A DNA stretch of 64,000 bases from Octopus sinensis (Eukaryota): assembly GCF_006345805.1 (NCBI RefSeq), contig NC_043014.1:9300001-9364000 (forward strand). Reading direction: 5' to 3'. Positions 36,450-48,089 of the stretch are shown piece after piece; position 1 is the stretch's first letter, and every line of letters starts with the position of its first letter. The notes under the pieces were generated by a model that did no database searches, was not told where the DNA came from, and saw only the letters and a list, made by a program, of their open reading frames with translations. The position numbers and the translations under genes were made by a program.

Positions 36450-37020
36450 GTTTGGAGACTACTATACCTGTGAAGTGTGGAGGCGCAATGGCCCAGTGGT
36501 TAGGGAAGCGGACTCGCGGTCGTAGGATCGCGGTTTCGATTCCCAGACCGGGCGTTGTGAGTGTTTATTGAGCGAAAAAAACACCTAAAAGCTCCACGAC
36601 GCTCCGGCAGGGGATGGTGGTGATCCCTGCTGTACTCTTTCACCACAACTTTCTCTCACTCTTACTTCCTGTTTCTGTTGTACCTGTATTTCAAAGGGCC
36701 GGCCTTGTCACTCTCTGTGTCACGCTGAATATCCCCGAGAATTACGTTAAGGGTACACGTGTCTGTGGAGTGCTCAGCCACTTACACGTTAATTTCACGA
36801 GCAGGCTGTTCCGTTGATTCGGATCAACCGGAACCCTCATCGTCGTAACCGACGGAGTGCTTCCAACCAACCTGTGAAGTTGTTGAGAGGGGGTGGTCAA
36901 CAAGAATTCCCACAATACCAAGGAAACTTTAATGCCTATGGTCCACACCTGATCAAAGCATACAATAGTTTCAGAAACCGTTTCATTGCAGTAGTCGATA
37001 CTGGCGGTTTTAGTGAATAG
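36450..37020 (+). pseudogene. C-terminal fragment of a Tc1/mariner-superfamily (maT/DD37D-like) transposase, split by a SINE
   Basis: After removing the SINE: DYYTCEVVER..VNKNSHNT...HLIKAYNSFRNRFIAVVDTGGFSE*, resembling LDY..W..VE..VN...HNT...LIKAC..FR.R..AV....GG. Confidence 0.55.
36478..36869 (+). mobile_element. SINE family C (centre X, tail 2), full length
   Basis: A-box TGGCCCAGTGG, B-box-like GGTTTCGATTCCC; 11-bp TSD ACCTGTGAAGT at 36467-36477 and 36870-36880. Confidence 0.93.
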
Positions 37021-37225
37021 GCTATTGTTACGACTATGTAAGAATTCTCTGAAAATTCTCTGGAAATATATTGCTTCTGTTCTGAAAAAATTTTGTATTC
37101 TTGAATTAAAATTTTGTTCTCAAATAACTGATGTGCCAAGCAAATAAACACACTTATGTATTTAGATATACACATTTATATAAATTTATTACATAAAATA
37201 ACTTTCTATATACAGTACAAAAATA

Positions 37226-38515
37226 TTAGGTCGTCAAGGTTGAAATTTGTTGTAACGTATATGGTAAACTTTGACAGCTGTTCATTTTGCGCCATTATTA
37301 TATTTTGACAATCTCTATTTTTGTTAGAAAGCTGACACATCTATTTCTTCATTCTAACTCATTTTGCGCTTTATAAAGTATTTATTTATTTGCTATTTTT
37401 ATTTAGAGCTGGAAGCGTCGGAAATTCGTAGTTACGAAATATGAGCTCTTCTTTGGAAATACAGATTCACAGATATCTCGGAATGTTAATGGAGTATTTC
37501 ATTCTAATTACAGATTCTAATTACACAGCAGACAGTATTAAATTGGTTTGCAAACTTTCATTCTGGAAACTTTGACCTCACAAATGAGCAAGGTGGTCAA
37601 CCAGAAACAATGGTGGATAATGACAAACTGAAAGCCACCATCGAGTCAGATCCATCTTAAAGTGTCCATGAATTATCGTTGTTGTTTGGTGTTAGCAAGC
37701 AAACAATATTGACTCACCTAGTTCAATTACGTAAAGGGGAAAAGTTGGATGAGTGGGTTCCACATGAAATCAATGAAAATCAAAATCAGCAACGTTTGGA
37801 AGCCTGTATTTTGCTACATTTTTGTCAGAAAAATGAATCATTTTTGAATCGAATTGTAACGTGTAATGAGAAGTGGATCCAATAAAACAACCGTAAACGT
37901 TCAGCACAATGGTTGGACAAAGATGAGTCACTAGAACACAATCCAAAAGAAAAATAATTCATCAAAAGAAATTGATGGCGTGTCTTTGGTGGTGTGGCGC
38001 AGGTGTGATCCATTATGGTCTCATTAAACCTGGCTCATCAATCACGGCCGAAGTATACCGCAGCTAACTGGACCAAATGATGCAGAAACTTACGAAAAAA
38101 GAACAGCCTAGATTAATCAACAGACCTACTCCTATTTTATTGCAAGACAACGCCAGATCACACGTCGCAAAAATGACATGACGGAAACTACAGAAATTGA
38201 ACTTGGAAATTCTCCATCATCCACCATACTCACCTGATCTTGCCCCCACTGGCTACCACTTCTTCCAGAATTTAGATAACTTTTTGATAGGAAGAAAATT
38301 TAATTCCGACGATGCTGTAAAACAGGCCTTTCAAGATTTTATTGACTCTAGATTCCCAGACTTTTACAGTTCTAGGCTGGACAAGCTACCGCTGAAACGA
38401 CAAAAGTGTATTGACAATATGGGTGCATAATTTGATGAATAAAACTTTTCCTTGTATTCCTAAAACATTAGCAATTTTTTTTCCTTGTCTATAACCTTCA
38501 GACTTGACGACCTAA
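37226..38515 (+). mobile_element. Mariner element B, full length (1290 bp), transposase pseudogene
   Basis: TA-flanked TIR TTAGGTCGTCAAG; WVPHE, IVTCNEKWI, LLQDNAR, HPPYSPDLAPTGYHFF; several stops and frameshifts. Confidence 0.95.
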
Positions 38516-38527
38516 TAATTACTTAGT

Positions 38528-38580
38528 TTGAAACATGACACTAGTTTCCTCAGGAATTCTGAATCTTCAGACAATTCAAA
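38528..38580 (-). ncRNA. Degraded hammerhead-like motif
   Basis: CTGAAGA-TTCAG(AATTC)CTGAG-GAAA-CTAG-T-G; canonical core and palindrome ACTAGT, but N17 is G and helix I is imperfect. Confidence 0.45.
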
Positions 38581-38759
38581 ACGTATTCCTCGTTTTTGTC
38601 GCCCACATATTTTCAATGTTGTTCGTGTTATTGTTGAGGATAATTTATCATGTGCTAATGTTATCCCTAATGAGTGTGCTTGTGTTTTTCATTCTATAAT
38701 TCTGTTTGTGGAGAAAAAATTAACCCTGAATAATATTTTAATATTATATACTACGTTAC

Positions 38760-39155
38760 GGCGGCGAGTTGGCAGAAACGTTAGCACGACGGGAGAAATG
38801 CTCTCAGGTATTTCGTCTGCCGCTACTTTCTGAGTTCAAATTCCGCTGAGCTCGACTTTGCCTTTCATCCTTTCGGGGTCGATTAAATAAATACCAGTTA
38901 CGCACAGGGGTCGATATAATCAACTTAATCCCTTTGTCTGTCCTTGTTTATCCCCTCTATGTTTAACCCCTTTTGGGTAGTAAAGAAATAGGTATTTCGT
39001 CTGCCATTACGTTCTGAGTTCAAATTCCGCCGAGGTCGACTTTGCTTTTCATCCTTTCAGGGTCGATAAATTAAGTACCAGTTACGTACTAGTGTCAATC
39101 TAATCGACTGGCCCTATCCCCCAAAATTTCGTGCCTTGTGCCTAGAAAAGAATAT
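38760..39155 (+). mobile_element. SINE family B dimer (alpha unit then beta-tailed unit)
   Basis: GAAATAGG|TATTTCGTC junction near 38992. Confidence 0.88.
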
Positions 39156-39171
39156 TATACATTACTTTATG

Positions 39172-39385
39172 GCGGCGAGCTGGCTGAAACATTAAAACAC
39201 CTGGCGAAATGCTTATCGGTATTTCATCAGTCTTTACGTTTTGAGTTCAAATTGCGCCGCGGTCAACTTTGTTTTTCATCCCTTCGGGGTAGATAAATTA
39301 AGTACCAACTGCGTACTGGGTCGATCTAATCGACAGGTCCCTCCCACAAAATTTCGCGCCTTGTGCCTAGATTAGAAGAGAATAT
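39172..39385 (+). mobile_element. SINE family B monomer, beta tail
   Basis: Head plus AAAATTTCGCGCCTTGTGCCTAG tail. Confidence 0.85.
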
Positions 39386-39447
39386 TATAAACTGCTTTGT
39401 TTCTAGTATTATGAGTAGCAGCAGATGATAGTAATTTCAATTCCGGA

Positions 39448-39597
39448 GGCGCAAGAGTGGCTGTGTGGTAAGTAGCTTGCTAACCAACCACATGGTTCCG
39501 GGTTCAGTCCCACTGCGTGGCATCTTGGGCAAGTGTCTTCTGCTATAGCCCCGTGAGTGGATTTGGTAGACGGAAACTGAAAGAAGCCTGTCGTATG

Positions 39598-39630
<33 letters not shown>

Positions 39631-39847
39631 GTGTTTGTTTGTGTGTCTGTGTTTGTCCCCCTAGCATCGCTTGACAACCGATGCTGGTGTGTCTACGTCC
39701 CCGTTACTTAGCGGTTCGGCAAAAGAGACCGATAGAATAAGTACTGGGCTTACAAAGAATAAGTCCCGGGGTCGATTTGCTCGACTAAAGGCGGTGCTCC
39801 AGCATGGCCGCAGTCAAATGACTGAAACAAGTAAAGAGTAAAGAGTT
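39448..39847 (+). mobile_element. SINE family A
   Basis: Head through tail. Confidence 0.92.
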
Positions 39848-40427
39848 GACTTTTGTAAATATTTGTCTTAGTTTCCAGCTATAAGCTGTCCTTTTATGTA
39901 TTCCATCAAGTAATAATAATGAAGGGGGATTTTCTGAAGATAAACGTAAATTTCATTTCTTAATGCCGTTATCACGTTTGTTTTTTTGTATATGAAACGC
40001 ATTTACATGTATTCTGTTAGTTTAATTAAAACGGATATTTATTGAAAAGACTTCGGTGGATGATACACACGAAAGACTATGACTCCAAACCGCACGTTTC
40101 TAAAGATGCCTGTTGCAATTCAGGTATTTGTAAAAAAAGTTTTCTGAGACATTAGACTGCGGTCATGTTTGTGACATCGCCTTGAAGAATAATTAGTCGA
40201 GCAAATCGATCCCAGCTTTTGCCTTGTTAAATCTGGTACTTATTCTATCGCTTGGTTTTGACGAACAGCAAAGTTACGTGAACACTAACACATCAACCGT
40301 TGTCAAGCGATGTTCTGGTGGTACAGCCACAGCCAGAAAGGCACACACATACACGCACGCACGGACGCAGGCAAGAACACACGCGCGCATACGTACACAC
40401 ACACACACATATATATTTATATATATA

Positions 40428-40656
40428 CGGAGTAAACACATAAATGTGAAACAAGGTGGAAAAAAGAGTACTCAAATACCAGGGGTAGTGTAATATGCTT
40501 TATTTAAAAGCAGCAGAAATTCAACAAAACCTGTTACTCGGAGTTTCACGTTCCCGTTCGTCGGACAGTTTTGTTAAAAAAATAAACTCTCCGACGAACG
40601 GGAACCTGAAACTCCGAGTAACAGGTTTTGTTGAATTTCTGCTGCTTTTAAATAAA

Positions 40657-40657
<1 letters not shown>
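40428..40657 (-). mobile_element. Putative PLE terminal repeat with inverted partial copy (68-bp fold-back)
   Basis: Arms 40498-40565 and 40590-40657 differ at one position; contains the hammerhead-like motif. Confidence 0.65.
40523..40575 (-). ncRNA. Minimal type I hammerhead fold with U4C core variant
   Basis: AACAAAACTGT-CCGACGA-ACG(GGAA)CGT-GAAA-CTCCGAG-TA-ACAGGTTTTGTT; 11-bp helix I with one bulge, GUA triplet. Confidence 0.65.
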
Positions 40658-40723
<66 letters not shown>

Positions 40724-40734
40724 TAGATACCTCT

Positions 40735-40885
40735 GACTTCCTTCAGGTTTCGTCTACGAGATCCCGTCAAATGGCTTTGATGGGCCCAAGGCTATAGTAG
40801 AAGACACACGATCAAGGCGTGGACCTGAACTCGGAAACATGTGGCTGAGAAGCAATCTTTTGAACACACATCTACGCCTGCGCGT
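40735..40885 (-). mobile_element. SINE family A 5' half, degenerate
   Basis: GGCTATAGTAGAAGACAC...GAACTCGGAAACATGTGG. Confidence 0.6.
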
Positions 40886-41039
40886 AACTTCTATTAATAA
40901 ATATCTAGACATGGTTGTTCTTTTTTCTTTTTCTACAGTGTGTTCCGCAGTGAATTGGCTATCATTTTATATTCCATGAAGTATTATTATAAATTCGTTT
41001 AACTTATTCATGATTTCATTTCTAATAATAATGCAATTC

Positions 41040-41222
41040 CCGATAAGTCTCTCCCACAATCTTATCTTTTATATATTCACAGAAAGAGTTTCCGTATTTT
41101 CTCAGCGATTCTTTATACATTGTAATTTCCAAGTAACCCGAAACTAAATTTGCATAGACTGGGGCGACTTTCGTCTCTATTGCACTTCCGGATTTTTGTT
41201 GGTAAGATCTGACATCTGACAT
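41040..41222 (-). pseudogene. Penelope-like element reverse transcriptase fragment
   Basis: YQQKSGSAIETKVAPVYANLVSGYLE matches the PLE RT motif Y.Q..G.AMG...AP.YANL.MG.LE. Confidence 0.75.
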
Positions 41223-42264
41223 GAAATAGTTATTTTGGAAAATAAATACTTCTTTTTCTATATAATTCCGTGATTATTTTGCATAATTCGCCAAGCAGAA
41301 TTATATTACGGCTGTGTTATATTGGTGAAGGTGTGCTTTATACAGACTTACTACATCAAAAGACGCATATATTTCTATGCACACATAATAAATACAATCA
41401 CACACGCATTTACGCATATATAACAGAGAAGAATGAGACAGACAAAGATAGATCAATAGATCGATAGATAATAAGTAGATAGTCCGGTAGACAGATTGAT
41501 GTCCATATGTATGTTTATTCATAGAAACAAAGAAACACAGAAAAGCATATAAAGTCATACATAGAATCAAATATGGATGAAACATGTTGACTGTCTCGAT
41601 GTGCTTAGGCGTAAATATATAAATTTACCAACTTATAGAAAACAGAGAGACAAGAAGACATTTATAAATATATATTTCGTGCTGTTTTGTTATGGTCTTA
41701 TACCATATACGATACAAAATTATAAATTCCTTCCCGTCCCCACGAAAAAAATCAGAAATGGTTGGAATAATTTTTTCAAAATTATTTCCGATATTCATTA
41801 GATTTATGGAAATGAAACCAAAGACAATTTTGTATATTATACAAAAGTTCACTGTTATTCTTTGCACAAAGAATTCTTATATTATGTTTTAATTACTCAA
41901 CGCTTTTAGGACGAGTTGTATAGACAACAGACTTTAGATGCTCCCCTATGAAACCTGGGGACCTCGGAGGCATGACACAAATTATCGAATGGCAGAATTA
42001 AGTTTTTAAAAATTTCTGATATTGTTCTGAAATAACAACAATCATCATTTTATGAATATTTATCACATTTACTGACAGAAAATAATAAATACGAAAATGT
42101 TAAGGCAATGTTATTTTACTGGTGTGCAATTTTTGCGCCGCCCATAATTTTTTTTTATTCTACCTTGCTTCTGTTTTCGTAAATTTTTATATGTAATATT
42201 CAATGGTGTTTAAAAAAACTAATCACTCTTAGATATTAAAAAGGCTAATCACTCTTGAAATTAA

Positions 42265-42490
42265 CGTGCAAATGGCTAAGCACTGCAGAGGCACACCGTC
42301 TCTTAGCATAGCTCTCCGAGGGATACATCTTGACACAGAACGTGAAAAGGCTGGATCTTCGAAATGCAGATACAACTCGTTTTTGCCAGCTGAGTGAACT
42401 AGAGCAATATAAAGTAGATAGAACACGCCGCCAGGAATCGAAATCATGGCCTCACGCTTGTTTGTCGAATATTCTAACCGCACAGCCTAT
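42265..42490 (-). mobile_element. tRNA-headed SINE (centre Y, tail 2-like variant), degenerate
   Basis: GATACAACTCGTTTTTGCCAGCTGAGTGAACT centre; GGAATCGAAATC B-box-like. Confidence 0.6.
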
Positions 42491-42655
42491 AAAAATCTAT
42501 GGTTCAATATTTCAGACTTATAATGATCGGCTGAAAATTTCATAAGCTAACCAAGATACCACTGATGGAAAAGTGATAAAACTAGGTTTATTTTTCAATA
42601 CAAATTAACAAGCTGCTATGTGTGATTCAAAGTTGGTTCTTGGTTGATGTTTTCA

Positions 42656-42820
42656 GGCGCAGGAGTGGCTGTGTGGTAAGTAGCTTGTCGAGCAACCACA
42701 TGGTTCCGGGTTCAGTCCCACTGCGTGGCACCTTGGGCAAGTGTCTTCTACTATAGCCTCGGGCCGACCAAAGCCTTCTGAGTGAATTTGGTAGACGGAA
42801 ACTGAAAGAAGCCCGTCGTA

Positions 42821-42858
<38 letters not shown>

Positions 42859-43095
42859 CGTGTGTGTGTTTGTGTGTCTGTGTTTGTCCCCTTGCATTGC
42901 TTGACAACCGATGCTGATGTGTTTATGTCCCCGTTACTTAGCGGTTCGGCATAAGAGACCGATAGAATAAGTACTGGGCTTACAAAAGAATAAGTCCCGG
43001 GGTCGAGTTGTTCGACTAAAGGTGGTGCTCCAGCATGGCCGCAGTCAAATGACTGAAACATGTAAAAGAGTAAAAGAGTAAAAGAGTAAAAGAGT
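42656..43095 (+). mobile_element. SINE family A with (GTAAAAGA)n tail
   Basis: Full head and four tail repeats. Confidence 0.93.
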
Positions 43096-43204
43096 AATAT
43101 AATGGTAGAATTCTCGAAATAAAAGCGGAAATCTTACGATGACCTTCATGATTCTCTCTAAGCATAGTTTTTCTAAATTCCTGCCTACGTTAATCTTATT
43201 TAAA

Positions 43205-43600
43205 AGCTGTGGCTGTAAGGTAAGAATATTACCTCACAATCACATGGTTCTGGATTCAGTTCCATTGCGTCGAATCTTGAGCAAGTTACTTCTACTATAA
43301 CCTCGGGGCAGCCAAAACTCTGACTGACGGACACTGAAAGAAGCCCACCGTATATCTGTATATATTCGATGCGTGTGTGTGTGTGTCTTTGTCCTTGTGT
43401 TTGTCTACCATGCCTCAAATTAACAACCGGTGTACGTGTGTTTCCGTCCCCGTAACCTAGCGGCTCGGAAAAAGCGAAGGACAGAGTGGGTGCCAGGCAT
43501 ACAAAAGACGAGTGCTAAGGTCGTTTTTTTCCAACTAAACCCTTCAATGTTGTGCCGTAGCACGACCGCAGTCAAATGACTAACTCAAGTAAAAGTATCC
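43205..43600 (+). mobile_element. SINE family A, old degenerate copy
   Basis: CACATGGTTCTGGATTCAGT...CCGCAGTCAAATGAC. Confidence 0.7.
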
Positions 43601-43708
43601 GAAAGGGTCGCTGAGAAATAAAGATTAAAACACAGCAAAAAATATAACGAGCACAAACGTATATTATCTTATCCAGTTTGTCTTTGGTTGAGATTGATGC
43701 TTATATAT

Positions 43709-43934
43709 ATTTCTTTACTACCCACAATGGGCTGAACATAGAGGGGACAAATAAGGACAGACAAGCGGATTAAGTCGATTACATCGACCCCAGTGCGTAA
43801 CTGGTACTCAATTTATCGACCCCGAAAGGATGAAAGGCAAAGTCGACCTCGGCGGCATTTGAACTCGGAACGTAACGACAGACGAAATACGGCTACGGAT
43901 TTCGCCCGGCGTGCTAACGTTTCTGCCAGCTCGC
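43709..43934 (-). mobile_element. SINE family B monomer
   Basis: Head plus one alpha unit. Confidence 0.9.
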
Positions 43935-44424
43935 AGATATATATATATTATATAATACACAGTGCAGTTTAAAGCAGAATTGAAGTAAATTTACATATTA
44001 AAATACCACAGTGTGGGTTACTAAATAACGAAAACCCATTGATAACATATTATGTATGTGGAGAGGATAAAGCGAGTGTCTCCTCAGAGACGATTTTACA
44101 GTTTGTGGAGAGCTTACTTGTTAAGATACTGTTTCGTTTCAACTTGAAAATGGTTGGTTTGCTGCTTATAACTTAGATATGAACAAAAGCTATAGAGTTT
44201 TGCCTAATTAATCTATAATGCGGTTTATAACATTTAAATGTGCTCGAGTTCAGCGATGATTGATGACTACACCATGAGATATTTTCTCCATTTTCAAGAG
44301 AAGACTCTACTCATTACTTTTAAAAACTTCTTTCAATGGTCTGATGTCATTTTACCTGGAAATAAACAATGCAGTCATTTGTATCTATGCATATTACTCC
44401 ATCCAGTAAGGAACTAGAAAATTT

Positions 44425-44730
44425 GGCACTGTCATGCTTTTAGTTGTCAGAAGTGAAAGTAGAAAAATCTGACGTCAGACGTCAACTTCGTGTATTTACG
44501 TCATCAGGTTTATATCTTCGTTAATTTACGCCGTTTATTTACGTACAACCACGCTGTTAGGTTTATAAAACAATTGCAGTTCAGTTTAAAGTTTATAAAT
44601 AAATACATTTCATTCCATGTTCTGTTTAAACTTTATAAATAAATATATTCTTGCAGTGTGTGTATATGTGGCTATATGTCTGACTAATGTGTGTGTGTCT
44701 GTATTTATTGTATGTGTGTATAAGATGTCT

Positions 44731-44768
<38 letters not shown>

Positions 44769-45352
44769 GTGTATACATATATATACACGTGTATATATAC
44801 ATGTGTATACATATATATACATGTGTATATATGCATGTGTATACATATATATATATATATATATATACATGTGTATATATACACATGTATATATATATAT
44901 ATGTATACACATGTATATATATATATATATACATATATAGACACATCTTTAATTAAACTAGTGACCGCCTTAAAACGGATTTCAACAGGCAAATATTACT
45001 ATAATGGATAATATAAGCATATAACTACTTATACACACATACAATAAATGCACAAACACACACATTAGTCAGACATATAGCCACATATACACACACTCCA
45101 AGAATATATTTATTTATAAAGTTTAAACAGCATGACAGTGCCGATAAGGCGTAAGTTAACGAAGGTATAAACCTGACGTAACTACACGAAGTTGACGACT
45201 TTCACTTCTGACAGCTAAAAGCATGACAGTGCCAATAAATTTACACGCGTTTTGATGAATTCTACGGAAAGATACGAAGGTGGACGAGTGACATCAAATT
45301 GACGTCACACTTTTTCTACTTTCCTCCTGACAACTAAAAGCATGACAGTGCC
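44425..45352. mobile_element. Fold-back element with long modular TIRs (GGCACTGTCATGCTTTTAG...)
   Basis: Outer arms 44425-44480 / 45300-45352; middle 44480-44530 / 45140-45200; inner 44622-44724 / 45028-45130; central TA/CA tract. Confidence 0.75.
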
Positions 45353-45404
45353 GAAAATTTAAAGTATGTCTTCGTGCATTTATGACACTAAATGCAACTT
45401 CAGG

Positions 45405-45810
45405 TGCAGGCTTGACTGCGTGGTAAGAAATTTGCAGCTCAAAAACATGGCTACAGCTTTAGTCCCACTGCCTCCCTGATCGAGCAAGTGTCGTTTAGCC
45501 TAAGCCTGGGTGAATCAGAGCCAAGTGAGGAGTGCATTTGTGTGGCGGAAATTCAATTTGACCGTCGTCTGTTTACGTGTGTGTGTGCGTGTGCATATGC
45601 GTGTGCGTGCGCATATGCGTGTGCATGCGTGTGTTCGCATCTTTATGTTTGCGTTTCTCCTCCACGAAAACCAGTATCGGGTTGTCTACTTACCAGTAAT
45701 TTAAGCAGTTCGGAAAAAGGTACCATAAAATAAATACCACGCTTGAAATAGAATTTGTAGGGTCTATCTGTAAGTATAAACTTGTCAAGGTGTTTCCCTA
45801 GTATGGTTGC
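45405..45810 (+). mobile_element. SINE family A, old degenerate copy
   Basis: GTGGTAAG...AGTCCCACTGC...AGCAGTTCGGAAAAAG. Confidence 0.6.
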
Positions 45811-45888
45811 ATTCCAATGAGCGAAACACGTAATAAATAATAAGTATTTGCGTCCTTCCTCTTATTTAACGAACTTTTATATTTTATA

Positions 45889-46187
45889 CTAGCAGTATCA
45901 CCCGGCGTTGCTCGGGTTTGTAAGGGAAATAACTATATAAGCATTTTTAGAGAGTTACTTCCCTTATATAATAGCAAAAATATGCATTAAAAATGGAAAA
46001 AAATGATGGTAAATCTTTTTTAAAATCATAGACTCATCGTAGACGCGCGCTAATACCCAGAAGGGCTCGATATGAATCACCACTATAAGATACCCGGTTT
46101 TCGTTAAACTGCACCGCAAAATGTAGGAGTAGTTAGGAATCTAAATCGTAGGAGTCAGACACACAACTTCACTTTTATATATATAGA
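45889..46187 (-). mobile_element. Non-autonomous Helitron H1 (short variant)
   Basis: Reverse complement A|TC...CCCGAGCAACGCCGGG...CTAG|T. Confidence 0.9.
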
Positions 46188-47047
46188 TATTTGAATGACT
46201 TCCAGTTTGATAATATAGCTTTGTGGAAAATACACATTGCCATGCCGCAAAAACAAAAATGCATATATGGAGAGCAAAATTATTAACCATAGAACTATAG
46301 CAAATATTTTCTGAAATATATGATGATAAATACTTTTTAAAATTCTATTATATTTGAAGATAAATCGGGACAATAGATTCTACGATGTCTCATCTTCCAT
46401 TATATGAAATCTCCGTTTAACTGTATAGACGTTAACTAAATTCATCAGATCTAAAGTTGATATTTCCCAATATTTTACGTATGAACATAAATAGCAATAT
46501 TGCTGGGCATTTCATAAATCATATAATTAACCAATATTATTCCGAATTCAATATATGCAGATACTGAAAAGCGAGTGCGAATGACATAAGGTGAACTGAA
46601 GACAACATGGAGAGTGACAAAGTCTAACGTTTAATAAATATCTAATATTTATTATTAAAATACTATCGACAGCGTCGGATGTGAAAGCAACTAATATATA
46701 TTTAGCAAATTATTAACAAGTATGGAGCTCTCTGTTCTAATATCACAGAGAACTCGTTCAGGTTTGGATGTGTTGAAGACATTTTGGATGACAACGAACA
46801 TACACTAAGAAGAATTACATGGTCAATCAATATCGGTGGATCTTTTAATTGGCCAACTGAATGGTATAGTTTCTCTTATTTGGTTCGTTCTCTCGGCTGC
46901 CGCAATGATAGAACCCCAATCTTGAAGGGTTTCATCGAATGAATTGATCCCGTCACTTATTCTGTCGCTCACCATTACCAGTTCTTAAGAGGTGGAGGAA
47001 AAGCAAACACATACACGCACGCATACACATACATACACACTCCTACG

Positions 47048-47103
<56 letters not shown>

Positions 47104-47893
47104 AATTAATCAAAATAAAAACATGATGCCAAGGATTCAGCGGTACATATGTTTCGTGCCTTTATTAGACGGATTTATAACAATGCATAATGTGCGTCTA
47201 TGGCCTTTTTCAGCCGCGCACAACTACTACCTCAAGGACATGTATTACATCAAAAATTCTACGTTGGGGATGCAAATCCTCTCATTCGCTTACGACATAA
47301 TGCGGCAGCAGCATAAAAATGAAGCGTCCATCTCGTCCTTCTGTTTTTATTTTGATTAATTTACTCCACCACCTACACCACCAAACGGTATATACAGGTG
47401 CTTACAATTATCAAGTACTCACCCTGAATTTCTATATATATATATAAGTAAATAAATGAGTTGAACGAAGTTGTTATTAAAATTCTTTTACTTTCGACAT
47501 ATGTTTCGAAGACAGCATGGTTTTATTCCAAAGGAATAAATGGTGTAAAATGCAATATTCTCATGTTAACGGTAAACAAAGGATAACTCATTCATCCATT
47601 TATATATATACAAGTTATAAACTCAGAAATTGGGAACGATCCGATAATAACGAATTTTTTTAGAAATTTCTATCGATTTGCTTTCGAGACGCGTACTTAT
47701 AGTGATAAATTATATGGTTATTGACGATTAAGTCTATTTTCGGCATATATGGTATTGGAATATTTTTCTTTTGCCCTTGTTTATAAGTTGTTTATAAATT
47801 TAACCTTTAAAGGCATTTTTTTATTATGCTGGCCATTGATAAAATGTTTTCGAAAATGTTATCCTATATAATATATATATACATATACATTAA

Positions 47894-48062
47894 TGAGGGG
47901 ATACCCAAACGAAACCAGAAGTTTGTAATATTACTTTATTCACTTAGTTTTAGTTTTATCGCCTTCAAAGTATTCTCTATTTGAGGCAATATGTCGGTCC
48001 AGATGCGTTTTCCACCGTTCAAAGCAGTGCTGGAACTCTTGCGAAGTGATGCCTTTTAACGC
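47894..48062 (-). mobile_element. Mariner 3' end with TIR
   Basis: LKGITSQEFQHCFERWKTHLDRHIASNREYFEGD. Confidence 0.8.
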
Positions 48063-48089
48063 CTATTCCACATCTGCAAATTCCCTAGA

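Noticed and set aside
44480-44515. Minus-strand CTGATGA in the fold-back arm
   Set aside because: Followed by GAAG not GAAA, no helix I; explained by TGACGT subrepeats
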